Assembly (NCBI GenBank): GCA_951406725.2
Contig: OX597815.1
Location: 194,866,001-194,930,000 of the forward strand
DNA: 64,000 nucleotides
Origin: Octopus vulgaris
Taxonomy: Eukaryota
Reading direction: 5' to 3'
Both the position numbers and the translations under genes were made by a program. The notes beneath the pieces were generated by a model that did no database searches, was not told where the DNA came from, and saw only the letters and a list, made by a program, of their open reading frames with translations. Below, piece after piece: positions 1-9,905 of the stretch (position 1 is its first letter; every line of letters begins with the position of its first letter).

Positions 1-262
1 ACATCAATTAAGCATATTATTATTGAATTAGAAAAAAAAAAAACCCCCAAAATCCAAAAACACTTCTCGTGCGCCGTTGTAAAAATTTTGGTATTTTAAG
101 ATGCTCGGTTTGAAATCTTATCTACATGTAACATTTTTGATTTGAATCAACATTCCCAGATAACTGGAAATTTTCGCCGCATCTCTAAGATAATTTATAG
201 CTATTGTGAATTCACGTGATTAGCTATTTATAAACCCGGACAAGGCCGGGTAGCTGCTGCTG
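1..262 (+). mobile_element. Possible 3' end of a non-autonomous Helitron, cut by the window edge
   Basis: GC hairpin CCCGGACAAGGCCGGG (235-250) about 10 nt before a degenerate end. It resembles the 3' hairpin of the Helitron at 8702-9190. The terminal CTAG is not intact. Confidence 0.3.
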
Positions 263-341
263 AGAAGTATATATGCACGTGATTACAAAGAAAACAAGTA
301 GCAAAACAATGCAACGTGCATATATTTATATGCATGCATTG

Positions 342-388
<47 letters not shown>

Positions 389-1132
389 TATATCAGTGCT
401 TGCTTGCAAATATTATTGTATAGATACACGCACACACAGACAGCAAAGTTGAGCTGGACAGGTACTCACACATCAACTCACTTATATCATAACCCAGCTG
501 CTGCAATATTTGTTCACATTTACATACACTTATAGAGATAAACGAAGACGTATGTATACATATAAGGCGGTTCTACTGCAAGCCGAGCACACATTAATTA
601 TTATAAAACGGACGTGTCTTTACACATATACGCATACGTTCGTAAACAGACACGTGCAGTCGTATTCACACGTTCAATAGCCGATGTATATGCATAGCCA
701 GCATATATGTATACACAGAAATGTGAGCATTCAGACATACAATAAAATTTGTCCACCTTTCTTACCCACACAAGACGAACACGTGCAAACCGCAATCTCA
801 TACACGAAATGCTCCTCACATCACATACACACGTGTACATAAACTTGTGTTATCTTCCACACACACAGAAATGTATATAGAAACATATGCACAATTATAA
901 TGACTCATAGACACAAATGATACTCATGTATTTCCTCTTTTTACAGGCACGTGTTCACACAGACGAAGACACATACATACACACACACTCACACACAGAG
1001 GTTTTCAATAGACTTTTTGGAAACAAAATTCTGAAACCCTAGATGTATACGAGTGTAATGTATATATATACTATTAATATATGCCTAGAAACACAGACAC
1101 ATTGTGATATACAATCTTGCACATATACGCGC

Positions 1133-1346
1133 TGAGGGGGTGCTAAAAAGTTCATGGCTTTATGGGTGTCGCATGGCGTGATAGACCTGCTTTGAGGTCC
1201 GTCCTCCCGAGTTCTTTTCACAAGGCTTAGACAATCTGAAGGACCAGTGTGTGAATCTGAGAGGGAAATATATTGAATAAAATCATAATTAAAAAAACTC
1301 TTCTATATTTTCTTTTACACAAAGCCAGAAACTTTTCAGTACCCCT

Positions 1347-1348
<2 letters not shown>
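1133..1348. mobile_element. Mariner-type MITE
   Basis: Imperfect TIRs: TGAGGGGGTGCTAAAAAGTTCATGGCTTT and AAAGCCAGAAACTTTTCAGTACCCCTCG. No coding capacity. Confidence 0.65.
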
Positions 1349-1378
<30 letters not shown>

Positions 1379-1381
<3 letters not shown>

Positions 1382-1623
1382 TTTATTTATTCTTTGACTG
1401 TTTTCAGCCAGAGGCTGGGGCCATGCTGGAGCACTGCATTTCAGTGTTTTGTGGTCCCATTTCCGTACAGTTCTTGGTGAAGGAGCGAGCTGGACGAAGA
1501 GTTTCTTCTTCGTGCCTCTTGCGGAGATGTGGGCTTATCTGGGATTTTGTCCAGGTGCCTTTTGAAATTTGTCCAGGTGCCTTTTGAACGTTTTCACATC
1601 AACACCTTGAAGATTTCGTAGAC

Positions 1624-1624
<1 letters not shown>
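1379..1624 (-). mobile_element. 3' fragment of a CR1/L2-group LINE
   Basis: Minus strand reads LRNLQGVDVKTFKRHLDKF, then IPDKP in another frame, the FKxxLDxF..IPDxP C-terminal motif. It has a 21-bp internal tandem duplication (TTTGTCCAGGTGCCTTTTGAA) and ends in a tail shared with SINE family D. Confidence 0.65.
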
Positions 1625-1668
<44 letters not shown>

Positions 1669-2022
1669 ACACACATACACACACACGCACCCAAGTACGT
1701 GACACACACACACTCGCACGCATGCACATCTGTATACTCTCAAAGTCAACGTCCTGATGACGTGTAGGTTTACATCTATTACTGGATCATATTCATAAAA
1801 TAAAATGAATATTATGTGAAACTCTCAGCAATTAACATCGATGCTAATGCACAGAAGCAATAGCAGTGATTTGAGTTAAAAGGTTTTCATTCCATCTTCT
1901 CAAATTATAATTACACCCCCACAGACATATGTGTGTGTGTGTGTGTGTGTTTCTCAGTTTTTTGCGTATGTGTGTATATGTACATGCTTACATATATGTG
2001 AGAAATTATTTGTACATATGTA

Positions 2023-2095
<73 letters not shown>

Positions 2096-2453
2096 GGCGT
2101 TCGCGCTAAATTCGACAGTTTGCATTAAAGAAAGAGAAGATACAATATCCCATTCCAAAACAAATAGATCAAAAATGATTTACTAGATTTAAGTGTAACG
2201 TAAGATCATTAAAATTAACTGCCCTCAGTTCCCACCGCGGCCTTAAAACAGCTGCAGACCCTAGCTAGTACATTCTCGCATGGGGTAATAGGCGTCAAAA
2301 GCACCATCATTTCAGAGCGCTACCGCTTACTGATGAATTTATTTCAAGCTCTTTAGACATCGTATGCACAAAATACCAAGGGTTACAACCCTGAAATAAT
2401 TTTTGAAATCATTCCTTCAATATAGAAAATCAGTGGTAAGCATACGTACATAC

Positions 2454-2507
2454 CTATTTCTTTATTACCCACAAGGAGCTAAACACAGAGGGGACAAACA
2501 AGGACAT
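2454..2507 (-). mobile_element. Isolated 3' tail of SINE family A
   Basis: TATTTCTTTATTACCCACAAGGAGCTAAACACAGAGGGGACAAACAAGGACA, flanked by the direct repeat ATACGTACATAC (TSD). Confidence 0.75.
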
Positions 2508-2810
2508 ATATACGTACATACATACATACCTGCATACACACACATACACACATACATGTGGCTGTTATGAAATAGTCTTATTTGACTTAGCTTTCCGGCG
2601 GTTTCAGTTTGTAAAGTCCATAATAGCACATTCTATTGTTAATTTCTTTTCTGCATTCGGGATGTAATCAGCGTTATGCGTAAACTCAGGAAAAGGTAGG
2701 ATAATACACAAGGCAGGAGGGGAAAATTAAGTCGCAAATCAGTAGCCATAACGAAAAGAGGAAGGCGTGTGAATGATGAGTACTGCAGAGCAATTAAGGT
2801 CAATATTAAT

Positions 2811-2975
2811 TATTTTCTAGTCTAGGCACAAGGCCCGAAATTTGGGGGGAGGCGACCAGTCGATTAGATCGACCTCAGTACGCAACTGATTCTTAATTTA
2901 TCGACACCGAAAGGATGAAAGGCAATGTCACTTCGGTGGAATTTGAACTTAGAACGTAAAGACAGACGAAATATC
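2811..2975 (-). mobile_element. SINE family A (Meta-domain-like), distal unit with tail 2, separated from its array by a LINE insertion
   Basis: Has AAGGATGAAAGGCAATGTC..GGAATTTGAACTTAGAACGT and tail 2 (CTAGGCACAAGGCCCGAAATTTGGGG). Ends at AGACAGACGAAATATC, one copy of the putative TSD. Confidence 0.85.
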
Positions 2976-3365
2976 AATTTCTTTATTGCCCACAGAGGGC
3001 CAAACACAGAAATGGACAAATCAACTGATTGCGATCAGTAATACTTTATGGTTTTACATAAAATATGAATATAAAAATTATATAAAACATAAAAAATCGA
3101 ATGGAATTAACAATACAGAGACAACACAAATGTAGCGATGATCAGGCCACGCTCCGACCCCACAAGCCCCGATCACTGGTACCTTTATTGTTCTTCTTTT
3201 ATAGCTTATTCATACGGTTCTTTGCACACACAACACTCGTGCAACATGATTCCATCTCTTTTTGAACATACTCTCCGACAGACACCTCTTCTCCAGCCAC
3301 ACCTTCCTTTTCAAATGAAAAGTAAAAAATGATCGTAAATCGTGACCGGAGATAAATTTGCCCAC

Positions 3366-3685
3366 GGGCATATGGCGTTGTGGTTAAAAGCGCGGGCTAC
3401 TAACCCCAATAATCTGAGTTAAATTCCAAGCATTGACCTGAATACAACAACAATAATAATAATAACAATAACAATAATAATAATAATAATAATAATAATC
3501 ATAGCATCGAAAAATACCCTAAGAATGAGAACCCAGGTTCGAAATTTTCCCAAGACACCTGATGAAGGCTGGAGGGCATATCAACCGAAACGTTGTGTTA
3601 ACAACAAACAAGATGGGAACAAATATTCGTCAAATATACATAACGTACATAATACAGTTCTATATTTAATAGATGAGGAATTAAC
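3366..3685 (+). mobile_element. tRNA-headed SINE-like element with (AAT)n linker and hammerhead-containing Penelope-type tail
   Basis: A-box-like TGGCGTTGTGG (3373-3383), B-box-like GAGTTAAATTCC (3416-3427), (AAT)n 3441-3499, hammerhead 3554-3599, inverted terminal piece 3659-3683. The tail recurs at 55471-55556. Confidence 0.65.
3554..3599 (+). ncRNA. Minimal type I hammerhead ribozyme motif (PLE type)
   Basis: P1 GACAC/GTGTT, core CTGATGA (3559-3565), P2 GGCTG/CAACC (one mismatch), GAA, palindromic P3 ACGT, cleavage triplet GUU ending at 3594. Confidence 0.75.
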
Positions 3686-4855
3686 TATGAGAAATTAGGC
3701 CCTCACAAAGTTAAGTAGGAAAAATGTTACAAGGTCCGTACGGTAGTCGTACGATGTTTAACACCTCCACTTGACCCATTCATTTCCTATTTGCGGCTCC
3801 ATTCTTTTTCTGTTCAAGGATTCTCCTGCCTACTTGGATACCGCCAACTTTCCTGAATGGGAGAATAACAAAATATAACTCTCCGTATTTCACTAATTCT
3901 ACTTATTTTACACGATTTCGTACGCTTCCCCGATTATTTGGATATGAATGTAAGATATTTAGTTTTATCCTAGTTATCCTAAAACCGAATACATCCTTAT
4001 TCAGTATTTTGTCCATATCTCATTTCACGAGGCTACTGCTATCTTGGATTCGTTGCAAATAAGTTTCGCATTCAAAACTAAACATCTCTACTGCAGATTC
4101 CTGTTTGGAAGAAAGAGATCAGCTGCTTAGTCAAAAAACCACACGCACATATACACACGCGCGCGCTGCTCCTATATTCATTACGATGTACGCTAGTTCT
4201 TCAGTTGATATTTTCTATAAAGATTTATGGTCAAGCAGTACGCGCACATTTCCAACAACGGTGTATCAATCTACCTTGTGCAACATAATCAGTGATATAT
4301 GATAGTATTCATGGAAAAAACATCAAACAGTAATGCTGTCCACAGAAATTGGTTAGCCAAAGATTATAGCAACCAAACTTAAAAGGAAACGGAAACCAAA
4401 ATTTCCTTTGCCATTAAGAATTCAATATTTAAGTTTTAATCTGCACTATATGGGACATTGATAACCTATAATGGTGATTTTAATATGAAATGGAATGTTG
4501 CATAAAAATAGTGATGTTGGGCGACTTAATTTGAGGATGAAAGCCGTGAGATGTTTAGAATTACTCGTATGAGGTCTATAAGTATAAAATCACAGGACAA
4601 CAAATTCTAAGCAACAGAATACTAACTCACACCGATCAATGCATTGATGATTGTGAGGAAACCGGTTGCAAAACACATGCATGTCGCCCCATATGCCGGG
4701 TAATTGAAAAGTAACTCTGTATTTTAAAATACTTATAATTTATTTAGCTATAATCTTTTTCTCAAATTTGTTCTTTAAGTTCTTTGATGTATGAAAATTG
4801 ATACTTTGTTTTGTTTTTTTTTCAGATCCATTATTTTGTTTGAAATTTAGAAGCC

Positions 4856-5236
4856 CTACAAACATGGTCTCATCTCTCTAAAAAAATCACACTTATTCGT
4901 CGAAAGTAACCGGGTTCCACTCCCAGCTGCAAACGCAAAATTTTTTTTTTTCTTGTTTTTAGTTTGTTCAGTTTGGATGCTAGGTACATTAATTATTCTT
5001 TTGGACAGAATACTTTTGTTTTTTTGCAAACTCAGGATTTCTTCTCGTGAAAGTTCTGACGAGCTGTCAGATACATCTCTAAATAACTCATACATTTTGT
5101 CATTCTTATTTGCAACGGGGGAATCCATTATTTCTTTCTTCGTATTTGGCTCCTCCCCAGACAACATGTAAATCTTTCTTTCAACATGAGAAACAAACAT
5201 TTCTGTTCCAACGGTAGGCTCCTCGCTAGACGACAT
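4856..5236 (-). pseudogene. N-terminal remnant of LINE ORF1 (126-aa ORF)
   Basis: Charged, low-complexity ORF starting ~200 nt inside the putative 5' end of the 2977-5435 element, upstream of a CWKC..H knuckle remnant. No domain recognisable in this piece. Confidence 0.45.
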
Positions 5237-5451
5237 TCTTCCCCACTACGGAGTAAGGAACAACGCGTGATTTCTACAAGCACTTAGTGTTTTCAAATTA
5301 AAACTCCAGCAGTTAAAAAATTCAACAATTTAACACAAAACAGCAAATATTAGAAACAGAAGGTATTAGTAATATTAACACCAAAAAACAGCAATTTTCA
5401 CCACGAACACATGTGCGACGCGTAAGAAACAAAAGAGACAGGCAAAATACC

Positions 5452-6293
5452 TATTTCTTTACTACCCACAAGGGGCTAAACACAGAGGGGACAAACAAGG
5501 ACAGACAAAGGGATTAAGTCGATTACATCGACCCCAGTGCGTAACTGGTCCTTAATTTATCGACCCCAAAAGGCTGAAAGGCAAAGTCGACCTCGGCGGA
5601 ATTTGAACTCAGAAAGTAACGTTAGGCGAAATACGACTACGCATTCCGCCCGGCGTACTAACGTTTCTTATTTCTTTATTGCCCACAAGGGGCTATACTC
5701 AGACGGAACAAACAAGGACAGACAAACTGATTAAGTCGATTAGATTGACCCCAGTGCGTAACTGGTACTTATTTAATCGACCCCGAAAGGATGAAAGGCA
5801 AAGTCGACATCGGCGGAATTTGAACTCAGAACGTAACGGCAGACGAAATGTTGCTAAACATTTCGCCCGGCGTGCTAACGCTTCTTCCAGCTCGCTGCTT
5901 CAAAAAATCTTTTCTGCTCTAGGCACAAGGCCAGAAGTTTTTGGGGAGGTTAGGCAAGTTGCTTAGATCGACATCAGTACGCAACTGGTACCTAATTTTT
6001 CGACTCCGAAAGGATGAAAGGCAAAGTCGACCTCGGTGGAATTTTAACTCAGAACATAAAGACAGACAAAGTACAGCTAAACGTTTTTTTTTTATTTCTT
6101 TACTGCCCACAAGGGGCTACACACAGAGGAGGCAGACAAACATATTAAGTCGATTATATCGGCATCAATGCGTAACTGGTACTTATTTAATCGACCCCGA
6201 AAGGATGAAAGTCATAGTCGACGTCGGCGGAATTTGAACTCAGAACGTAAAGACAGACGAAATACAGCTAAACGTTTTTGCCGGCTCGCCTCC
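5452..6293 (-). mobile_element. Tandem array of four SINE family A units
   Basis: Four copies of CGAAAGGATGAAAGGCAAAGTCGACCTCGGCGGAATTTGAACTCAGAAC. Units are about 5452-5668, 5669-5900, 5907-6090 and 6092-6293. Tails 1 and 2 are both present. Confidence 0.9.
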
Positions 6294-7139
6294 TCTAACA
6301 TCCATAATATTAATATAATAATGGTAGAGCTTACTTAATTCAGCTCTTTCTATATTCCGAAACTCGGGATCGCATTTTTTATATTGCGAAACTATAATTC
6401 AATCAGAAAAGCCACAAAAAAAAACTTGAACGCAATGAATTACAATAGCTCAAGAATACGGTTTTGCCCCCACCCCACTGCAAAATACGGCAAAAAAAAA
6501 AATCTTCCAATCTTCCACAAATCCTCGCCCACATTCTACTCCCTCTTCCTCCTCCTTCTGCCACGACTACAAGCAAAATTTATGATTCAAATTTTTGTAA
6601 TATAAAAATCGATAATTCTAACTTACATTCAAAAAGAAATGTATGAGAAATTAGTGTCTTTTGGTAAATATTGATTTTTCTCTCAGCAGCAGAATCCATT
6701 CTGTCTGTTCTTTTTTTTTCTATTTCTTTCCTCACAATGATATATTCTACTATGTATTTTGAATCCATACAATCTTGAATTATATATTATTAAATATATT
6801 CTTCTGCCTTGCTGACCTTCACAATCCATTCCATCATAAAGAGTAAATGGTAGTGGTGGTGGTGGTGGTGGATTTATCTAGTCGCACCTTGCCGTCTTAA
6901 AAGTAAAAGAACTCGCAGGATAACGTGATACTGGTTTCTCAGCGCATACGAATATGACTGGATGGCCATGGCTCGAGTGCCACTGATCAACGGTTTGTTT
7001 GATCATTGTTGATGTTGTTCTGTACAGCCAACACAACAGTAGAACCATTACTTAAACGACAAGTTCTGGGGCATTACCTGGAAGCGTTATGAATCTCCTC
7101 ACATATGATAAGAAGCCTTTATATTTAATAAGAGTTCTT

Positions 7140-7565
7140 GGACCTTTTCGGTTTGAACGGCAGTTTTTTCTAGCGGTGTCATATGAAATTGTCACCCATA
7201 ATTATGACCCTAGAATCGATCTATTGCATTTCAATCTCTTTTAGGTTTAGGGTTAGTTTGGGTTAGGGGTGGGGGAAGGGTATCTTTTTTTCTTCACAAA
7301 TGTAAATAAACCCAATCTGCTTCTTAAACGAGGGACATATTCATACGGCACAGAATGCTTTTTAACTCAATAGACGTCACTGATTGGTTGAAATTGCAGA
7401 AATTGAAGGAAAAAAACAACAAATATCTTACAAACTATAGAATTTTCTCAATAAATCCAAGAGAAAAATATGTTTTATAAACACATTCTACCAGTATACG
7501 AAGTTTAACATTTTTTAGTTACCTAAAAATCATGCTAAAAACTGCCGTTCAAACCGAAAAGAACC
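7140..7565. mobile_element. MITE (non-autonomous DNA transposon) with ~29-bp TIRs
   Basis: GGACCTTTTCGGTTTGAACGGCAGTTTTT ... AAAAACTGCCGTTCAAACCGAAAAGAACC, with an internal TTAGGG-like G-rich patch. Superfamily not assigned. Confidence 0.8.
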
Positions 7566-7690
7566 GATGTCTTTTTCCAGGAGGACAGATTGAATCAGCT
7601 GTTGCTGATCTAAACAACATTCGTGAATACGCGCAACATACACGCTTATTTCTAGCTCTAAATTACATACCATTACACGACAATAGATGT

Positions 7691-7966
7691 GGAGGCACAT
7701 GGCCTAGTGGTTAGAGCAGCAGACTTGCGATCTAGGGATCGCGGGTTCGAATCTCAGACCGGACGATGTGTGTGTTTATGAGCGAAACTCCTAAGCTCAA
7801 CGCGGCTCCGGCAGAAGGTAATGGGAAACTTCTACTGACACTTTCACCACAGCTTTCTCCTGCATCTTGCAGGTCACCTGCGACGGACCAGGTGGGGAAC
7901 CTATACTCCAAGGAAACCGGGAAACCGGCCCTATGAGCTAGGCTTGGCTCGAGAAGGAACAAACAA
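7691..7966 (+). mobile_element. tRNA(Arg)-like SINE, family B
   Basis: Head GGAGGCACATGGCCTAGTGGTTAGAGCAGC..GGGTTCGAATC (A and B boxes) and tail GGCTCGAGAAGGAACAAACAAC. Other copies at 13371 and 22234. Confidence 0.9.
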
Positions 7967-8100
7967 CAGCGACACTCGACTATACATAAGAATATGCCAG
8001 AATGGACTGTAGGCTGTTCAGTATTTCAGCTATCAATAGTAGGCAATCCAAATTAGGGAGCATCTGCGACGTAGTTCCTCCCGCAATATATAGCAGTAAA

Positions 8101-8492
8101 AAGGCGGTGAGCTGGCAAACACGTTAGCATGCCGGGTGAATTGCTTAGCGGTATTTTGTCTGCCGCTACGTTCTGAGTTCAAATTCCGCCGAGGTCGACT
8201 TTGTTTTTCATCCTTTCGGGGTTGATTAAATAAGTACCAGTTACGCACTGGGGTCGATATAATCGACTTAATCCATTTGTCTGTCCTTGTTTGTCCTTTC
8301 TGTGTTTAGCCCTTTGTGCGTAGTAAAGAATTAGGTATTTTGTCTGTCTTTACGATCTGAGTTCAAATTCCGCCAAGGTCGACTTTGTTTTTCCTCCTTT
8401 TGGGGTCGATAACCTAAGTACCAGTTCACACTGGGGTCGATCTAATCGATTGGCCTCCTTCCCCAAAATTTCGAGCCTTGTACCTGGAGTAG
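8101..8492 (+). mobile_element. SINE family A dimer (tail 1 unit plus tail 2 unit)
   Basis: Head AGGCGGTGAGCTGGCAAACACGTTAGC, two body copies, junction AAAGAATTA|GGTATTT at 8334. Confidence 0.9.
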
Positions 8493-8701
8493 CACTGAAA
8501 GCTCTCTCAGAATTACAGTTCTGCTCCCTGGGGGTTGTCTTTGAGCGAGACACAAACATAGAACATAAGAAAAACACCTCGACAAAAATAACAAATGAAA
8601 CCACAGGTGAATCTGTTTTACATGCAAACAATATTTTCCAGTATCAAGGGGACTTTAGATAAAGGTTTAGGTGATCAAACCAGCATATCTAATTTATACA
8701 A

Positions 8702-9190
8702 TCTTTATATATAAAAGAGAGGTTGTGTGCTGTCTGTCTCCTACGATTTAGATTCCTAACTACTCCCACATTTTGAGGTGCAGTTTAACCAAAACCGGGT
8801 ATCTTAGAGTCGTGATTCATATCGAGCCTTTCTGGGTATTAGCGCGCGTCTACGATGAAAAATAATTTAACATCAGAAAAATTTTAATCAATTTTTCCCA
8901 TTGTCGATGGCGGCAGTTGGCGTCCACGCTCACATCTGCACCTGTTTGCTTCTCCCCCTTCTTCCCTCCCTCGTGAAGCTGTGGGGAAAGGAGTGTAAGG
9001 AAATCAACGTCGTAAAGCGTTGTCAAGGAGACTAGCGTTCTTTTAGAACAACGACTTCATGGCTTGAAGACACCAAAACAGAAATAGCTAAGAAAGCCCG
9101 AATTGGCATCTATAAGGGAAGTAACTCTCTAAAAATGCTTATATAGTTATTTCCCTTACAAACCCGAGCAACGCCGGGCGATATTGCTAG
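8702..9190 (+). mobile_element. Non-autonomous Helitron
   Basis: Starts TC after A (8701) and ends CTAG before T (9191). Subterminal hairpin CCCGAGCAACGCCGGG at 9163-9178. No TSD. Confidence 0.8.
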
Positions 9191-9434
9191 TAATGAATAA
9201 AATGAAGTTTGCAATGACGTTGAGATGGAAGAAACGATCATATATTCGTAGATAAATTTAGTAGTTATTCTTGTGTTGAACTTTATGAAATGACCAAGAT
9301 CACAATTCTAAAAAAAAGTTGATAAGCTCAGTTATGATATGACAAATTAGTGCACCATCATACAGAAATACAATGACAGATCTATTAATATAGGGGGAAA
9401 CAAAGTAATTCTGTTTACTTATTCTTACCTTCCA

Positions 9435-9866
9435 TTACTCTCTTTTTTAGTCTTTTACTTGTTTCAGTCATTTGACTGCGGCCATGCTGTCGCACCGCCT
9501 TTAATCGAGCAACTCGACCTCAGGACTTATTCTTTTGTAAGCCCAGTACTTATTCTATCGGTCTCTTTTGCCGAACCGCTAAGTAACGGGGAATAAACAC
9601 ACCAGCATCGGTTGTCAAGAAATGCTAGTGGGACAAACACAGATACACAAACACATACACACACATACACATGCACATATATATATATATATATATACAT
9701 ATATACGACGGGCTTCTTTCAGTTTCCGTCTACCAAATCCACTCCCAAGGCTTTGGTCGGCCCGAGGCTATAGCAGAAGACACTTGCCCAAGGTGCCACG
9801 CAGTGGAACTGAACCGGGAACCATGTGGTTGGTAAACAAGCTACTTACCACACAGCCACTCCTGCG
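9435..9866 (-). mobile_element. tRNA-derived CORE-like SINE, family D, with internal microsatellite
   Basis: Minus head GCAGGAGTGGCTGTGTGGTAAG..GGTTCAGTTCC, CORE-like CCTTGGGCAAGTGTCTT, internal (TA)/(TG) tract, tail CAGCATGGCCGCAGTCAAATGACTGAAACAAGTAAAAGA. Confidence 0.9.
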
Positions 9867-9905
9867 TACATTGTTATTGTTTTAATTACATTCCTTTGAA
9901 GTATG

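Larger units (their letters stand above)
2977..5435 (-). mobile_element. Internally deleted (ORF2-less) L1/Tx1-type LINE: 5' UTR, decayed ORF1, last ~50 codons of ORF2, 3' UTR
   Basis: Minus strand 3210-3360 encodes GKFISGHDLRSFFTFHLKRKVWLEKRCLSESMFKKRWNHVARVL, homologous to the ORF2 end at 10163-10300. Shared 3' end TGTGGGCAATAAAGAAAT. Zinc-knuckle remnant GRLIHRCWKCART..H at ~4227-4275. Flanking repeats at 2960-2975 and 5436-5451 match 13/16 (putative TSD). Confidence 0.7.

Noticed and set aside
1754-1760. CTGATGA as a hammerhead core (also at ~2331, ~40168, ~50636, ~55894 and ~59880)
   Set aside because: No P2 stem with GAAA and no matching P1/P3 nearby.
5452-6293. Regularly spaced repeats resembling a CRISPR array or satellite
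   Set aside because: The units are whole ~200-bp SINE bodies with no unique spacers, there are no cas genes, and the context is eukaryotic.
7240-7275. Telomere-like TTAGGG motifs
   Set aside because: Only a few degenerate units inside a MITE, not a telomeric array.
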